In this document: positions 27,933 to 32,000 of the stretch, piece by piece
How positions within the stretch are numbered: the first letter of the stretch is position 1
Layout of the letters: each line of letters starts with the position of its first letter
NCBI RefSeq assembly: GCF_049720995.1
Contig: NZ_JBNASF010000001.1
Span: forward strand, 89,401 to 121,400
DNA: 32,000 nucleotides
DNA from: Methanothermobacter sp.
GTDB taxonomy: Archaea > Methanobacteriota > Methanobacteria > Methanobacteriales > Methanothermobacteraceae
Direction of reading: 5' to 3'
Notes under the pieces: model-generated
What the model was told of the DNA's origin: nothing
The model's input: the letters and a program-made list of their open reading frames with translations, nothing else
Database searches by the model: none
Position numbers and translations under genes: made by a program

Positions 27933-29168
27933 CTAGATCCCCATAAGGCCAACCGCCACTAGACCGGTGCCCACAATGACAAGGAAGAGGGTCCCCACCC
28001 TTTTCCCGAACATTTTTGTGCCAAGTGCCAAGGCTATTCCACCCTTTATAATTGTGTTTGAGACTCCAGCGAGGGTTATGGCAGTTGCGGCTGTTGAAGA
28101 GCTTACAGAACCCCCCGCTGCCAGTAAAGACATGCTCACAGTTATGGCATCCACATCTGCAAATCCCGAGATCACAGCAGCTGCCAGAACACCTCCACGG
28201 CCAAGGTAAACGTTCGCAGCCTTGGACAGGAATAGGATAACCATGAAAATCGCCCCGAATATGAGTGCAGGCTTAACAGAGAAGGGGTTTTCGATTTTAA
28301 TATCCTGATCAATCTTTGATGGTGACCTGATGAACAGAACACCCAGAGCCATCCCGGTTACCCCCATGGCAAGCAGGGGAAGTGCAACGTACCCCATCAG
28401 TGAGGGGTTTATGACAGAGACCTCCAGCAGTATCCTGAAAAACATCATTGAACTTGAAACAACCGTAGCGAATACAGCCGGCCTCATGAGGTCATCAGAT
28501 TCCCTCACACGCCCTGCCATCGCCGTAACCACAGCCGTACTCGACACCAGACCCCCTATTATTCCGGTGACGCTGAGACCCCTATCCGGGCCTGCTATCT
28601 TCATTGCAATGTAACCCGCATAGCTTATCGCTGATATGAACACCACCATCAGCCACACCTGATAGGGGTTGAAGACCCCCCACGGGCCAAGTGGTGTATC
28701 CGGAAGAAGCGGGAGAATCACAAAGGCTATTACAAGGAATTTTATTGTATCTATCATCTCCCTCTCGCTTATCCTCCTTACAGCAATGTGAATGTACCTT
28801 TTAAGGGCAAGGAGCGCCGTTACAATGATTGCAAGCATTGCTGCAAGCCTGTAATCACCTGAAAAGCACATTGCACCTAGAATAAAAGTTATAAACGCTG
28901 CAACTTCCCCAGTTATCCCTATATCCCCATCATCCCTTGTGCTCACGATGTAGCTTGCAGATACTATGGCAACCAGACCCAGAAAGGCAAGAGGGAGCAT
29001 CAGGGAAAAAATCCCTGATAGATACGCTGAAAGGGCCCCCATGAGTGATATCAGGATGAATGTTCTTATACCTGCAAATTCTGTCCCCCCTGTCTTCCTT
29101 TCCCTCTCAATACCCACCAGGGCTCCCAGGGCCAGGGCTATCAAAAACTTAATTACCGGGAAATCCAT
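27933..29168 (-). CDS. MgtC/SapB N-terminal domain plus DUF4010-like membrane protein
   Basis: From MDFPVIKFLIALALGALVGIERERK..GIRTFILISLMGAL (MgtC) through 'RGLSVTGIIGGLVSSTAVVTAMAGRVRE' (DUF4010-like). The ORF track N-terminal extension to 29504 overlaps ilvD and is unlikely. Confidence 0.85.
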   Translation of the reverse strand: MDFPVIKFLIALALGALVGIERERKTGGTEFAGIRTFILISLMGALSAYLSGIFSLMLPLAFLGLVAIVSASYIVSTRDDGDIGITGEVAAFITFILGAMCFSGDYRLAAMLAIIVTALLALKRYIHIAVRRISEREMIDTIKFLVIAFVILPLLPDTPLGPWGVFNPYQVWLMVVFISAISYAGYIAMKIAGPDRGLSVTGIIGGLVSSTAVVTAMAGRVRESDDLMRPAVFATVVSSSMMFFRILLEVSVINPSLMGYVALPLLAMGVTGMALGVLFIRSPSKIDQDIKIENPFSVKPALIFGAIFMVILFLSKAANVYLGRGGVLAAAVISGFADVDAITVSMSLLAAGGSVSSSTAATAITLAGVSNTIIKGGIALALGTKMFGKRVGTLFLVIVGTGLVAVGLMGI

Positions 29169-29252
29169 GTTATAATATATGACAGTTAAATTAATATTAT
29201 TTATTCCATGATAATTAATAATAATCCGGGTGATGATAATAACGGTGATTCC

Positions 29253-30902
29253 ATGAAAAGTGATACCATAAAGAGGGGAATACAGAGGGCACCCCACCGA
29301 TCCCTCCTCAGAGCATGTGGTCTGACAGACCAGGACTTTGAAAAGCCATTCATAGGAATAGCCAGCAGCTACACGGATATCGTGCCAGGCCACCTGCACC
29401 TCAGAGAACTTGCAGATGAGGTCAGGGCTGGAATAAACGCTGCAGGTGGAGTTGCATTTGAATTCAACACCATGGCCATATGTGACGGTATAGCCATGAA
29501 CCATGAGGGCATGAAGTACTCCCTTGCATCAAGGGAGATAGTCGCAGATACCGTGGAGAGCATGGCAAAGGCCCATGCCCTTGACGGACTTGTCCTTCTT
29601 CCAACCTGTGATAAGATAGTCCCCGGTATGCTAATGGCCGCTGCAAGACTTGATATACCATCAATAGTGGTCACCGGCGGCCCCATGCTACCCGGGGAAT
29701 TCCAGGGAAGAAAGGTTGACCTCATAAATGTGTATGAGGGTGTAGGCGCCGTGAGTGCAGGTGAAATGAGTGAGAATGAACTTGCCGAGCTCGAAAGATG
29801 CGCCTGTCCCGGCCCGGGTTCATGCGCAGGGCTCTTCACAGCCAACACCATGGCCTGCCTCACAGAGGCCCTGGGTATGAGCCTCCCTGGATGCGCAACG
29901 GCACATGCTGTAAGCTCAAAAAAGAGGCAGATTGCAAGGCTCTCAGGTTACAGGATAGTGGAGATGGTGAATGAGAACCTCAAGCCAACATGGATAATGA
30001 GCAGGGAGGCCTTTGAGAACGCTGTGATGGTTGATCTTGCACTTGGAGGTTCAACCAACAGTACACTTCACATCCCGGCCATAGCAGCTGAGATAGAGGG
30101 CCTGGACATCAACCTTGATGTCTTTGATGAGCTGAGCAGGAGAATACCCCACATAGCATCGATCTCACCTGCAGGTGAGCATATGATGATAGACCTTGAT
30201 AGGGCCGGGGGAATACAGGCCGTCATGAAAACCCTCAGGGATCACCTCAACACCAGCTGCATGACCTGCACAGGAAAAACCGTCGCTGAGAACATGAGAG
30301 ATGCCAGGGTGAGGGACACCACAGTTATAAGACCCCTGGATGACCCGGTCCACAGGGAAGGCGGCCTCGCCATACTCAGGGGTAACCTGGCACCCAGGGG
30401 CTCTGTGGTGAAGCAGGGAGCTGTTGCAGATGATATGCTTGTCCATGAGGGCCCGGCCAGGGTATTTGAAAGTGAAGACAAATGTGTTGAGGCAATATTC
30501 AGTGGAGAAATAGCCGAGGGAGATGTTATCGTCATAAGGTATGAGGGACCCAAGGGTGGCCCTGGTATGAGGGAGATGCTGAACCCAACCTCTGCAATTG
30601 CGGGTATGGGGCTCGAAAGGGTGGCCCTTATAACCGATGGAAGGTTCTCAGGGGGTACCAGGGGGCCATGCGTTGGTCACGTCTCCCCCGAGGCAATGGA
30701 GGATGGGCCCATAGCAGCTGTGAGGGATGGGGACACAATAAGGATAGATATACCCTCAAGAAAAATTGAGGTTGATCTGACGGAAGACGAGATCAAAAGA
30801 AGAATTGAATCTGCAGAAAAACCGGAACGCCACGTTAGGGGATGGCTTGCACGCTACAGAAAACTTGCAGGTTCAGCAGATACAGGTGCCATTTTAAGAT
30901 GA
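29253..30902 (+). CDS. ilvD: Dihydroxy-acid dehydratase
   Basis: [50 protein letters not shown]..; '[20 protein letters not shown]', '[22 protein letters not shown]'. Confidence 0.97.
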   Translation: MKSDTIKRGIQRAPHRSLLRACGLTDQDFEKPFIGIASSYTDIVPGHLHLRELADEVRAGINAAGGVAFEFNTMAICDGIAMNHEGMKYSLASREIVADTVESMAKAHALDGLVLLPTCDKIVPGMLMAAARLDIPSIVVTGGPMLPGEFQGRKVDLINVYEGVGAVSAGEMSENELAELERCACPGPGSCAGLFTANTMACLTEALGMSLPGCATAHAVSSKKRQIARLSGYRIVEMVNENLKPTWIMSREAFENAVMVDLALGGSTNSTLHIPAIAAEIEGLDINLDVFDELSRRIPHIASISPAGEHMMIDLDRAGGIQAVMKTLRDHLNTSCMTCTGKTVAENMRDARVRDTTVIRPLDDPVHREGGLAILRGNLAPRGSVVKQGAVADDMLVHEGPARVFESEDKCVEAIFSGEIAEGDVIVIRYEGPKGGPGMREMLNPTSAIAGMGLERVALITDGRFSGGTRGPCVGHVSPEAMEDGPIAAVRDGDTIRIDIPSRKIEVDLTEDEIKRRIESAEKPERHVRGWLARYRKLAGSADTGAILR

Positions 30903-30913
30903 TGGGTGTAATC

Positions 30914-31351
30914 ATGAGCGATGATAAAAGGGAATGGGTTGAAGCAGCAGCATACATTCTCCTCCTCTTACTTGCTGTTGTTGCATCACAGCACATGAAC
31001 GTGGTTGTATCAGGAAGCATGGAGCCAGTGTTCTACAGGGGAGACATAGTGATAATCGAAAAGAGCAACTTTTTCGGCATAAAAGAACTGAACCCTGAAA
31101 ACATACAGAAGGGTGACATAATAATCTATGACGCCACATGGTTCCCCGAGCCAGTTATACACAGAGTTATAGCCGTCGAAAAGGATAAAAAAGGCGAGAA
31201 ATATTACATCACAAAGGGTGACAACAACCCATCACCTGACCCTGCACCTGTGTATCCCCCACAGGTCGAGGCAAGGGTCATAACGGTGGGTTCAAATCCA
31301 CTGATAATACCCAAGGTGGGCTACATAACACTCTGGCTTAAGGGACTCTGA
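30914..31351 (+). CDS. Signal peptidase I (archaeal type)
   Basis: [48 protein letters not shown]..; '[36 protein letters not shown]', Ser and His motifs of the S26B type. Confidence 0.92.
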   Translation: MSDDKREWVEAAAYILLLLLAVVASQHMNVVVSGSMEPVFYRGDIVIIEKSNFFGIKELNPENIQKGDIIIYDATWFPEPVIHRVIAVEKDKKGEKYYITKGDNNPSPDPAPVYPPQVEARVITVGSNPLIIPKVGYITLWLKGL

Positions 31352-31366
31352 AGGCAGGTGAGGAAA

Positions 31367-32000
31367 TTGTTCAGATACATTGAAAACAGTGCAAGGGATT
31401 CAATAACCGGAGCGCTTGAGAAGCTCCAGCTACCAGTACCCTCAGAGATCAAACTGGAGGAACCACCAAACCCCCAGCTGGGGGATCTTGCATGCACGGT
31501 GGCCTTTGAACTTGCAGGTGAACTCAAAAGGCCTCCAATGGAGATAACCTCCGATATAATGTCTGTTATTGAAAATCATGAGATATTTGAGGCCGTCGAA
31601 TCAAAGGGGCCCTACATAAACTTCTTTGTTGATTATGGAAAGCTTTCAAGAAAACTCCTTGAACTCATGGATGATGGGTACGGGTCCCATCCAGAGAGGG
31701 GTGAGAAGATAATCCTTGAGCACACCTCTGCAAACCCCAACGGCCCGCTGCACATAGGGCATATAAGGAATGCCATCATCGGGGACTCACTTGCAAGGAT
31801 ACTCAGAAAGGCAGGATACCAGGTTGAAACCCAGTATTATGTCAATGACATGGGGCGCCAGATAGCCATGATAGTCTGGGGTCTCCTGAACCTCCAGAGA
31901 AACCTGGATGACTACCCCGGAGATAAAAAGGACCACAGGGTTGGAAGGCTTTACCTGGAGGTTAACCGGAAACTCGAGGAGGATCCGGGTATAAAGGACG
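31367..32000 (+). CDS. argS: Arginyl-tRNA synthetase, 3'-truncated by window end
   Basis: TTG start after AGGTGAGG; [24 protein letters not shown]...[61 protein letters not shown]. Open to the window end. Not in the supplied ORF list. Confidence 0.95.
   Translation, partial: MFRYIENSARDSITGALEKLQLPVPSEIKLEEPPNPQLGDLACTVAFELAGELKRPPMEITSDIMSVIENHEIFEAVESKGPYINFFVDYGKLSRKLLELMDDGYGSHPERGEKIILEHTSANPNGPLHIGHIRNAIIGDSLARILRKAGYQVETQYYVNDMGRQIAMIVWGLLNLQRNLDDYPGDKKDHRVGRLYLEVNRKLEEDPGIKD

Noticed and set aside
27933-29504. 523-aa version of the MgtC-like ORF including [21 protein letters not shown]...
   Set aside because: The N-terminal extension reads across the intergenic region and into ilvD on the other strand. 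The true MgtC start fits MDFPVIK at 29168.
1-32000. tRNA/rRNA genes, transposases, integrases, toxin-antitoxin or defence cassettes
   Set aside because: Reading both strands gave no convincing tRNA-like cloverleaf, rRNA, transposase or integrase motif, or classical defence gene. A tRNAscan/Infernal run would be needed to exclude small RNA genes completely.

Overview
The window looks like a chromosomal segment of a Methanothermobacter-type hydrogenotrophic methanogen. This is inferred from mtd, fae-hps, cfbB, Alba, archaeal-type thrS, DUF63 and hisB/leuA/ilvD in a gene-dense layout with AT-rich promoters and GGTGAT-type ribosome-binding sites. Most of it is core metabolism and housekeeping. 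I found no rRNA, tRNA, CRISPR array or intact mobile element. The observations most worth a second look are: (1) a small protein carrying a ParB-like N-terminal 'KKGLGMGLDALI' peptide but no recognisable ParB domain, encoded next to a ParA/Soj ATPase, with a perfect 20-bp palindrome upstream of parA; (2) a secreted Cys-rich protein whose signal peptide appears only if translation starts at an AUU codon placed 7 nt after GGAGG; (3) a rubredoxin-hybrid cluster protein fusion with a downstream cupin and a divergent TrmB-type regulator; (4) two phased TGTACAG boxes upstream of trpB2; (5) a standalone C39-like protein divergent from an unannotated Cys-containing micro-ORF; (6) a nitrogenase component-1-like protein next to leuA; (7) a heavily decayed adhesin/GYWxxH-domain pseudogene at the left end.
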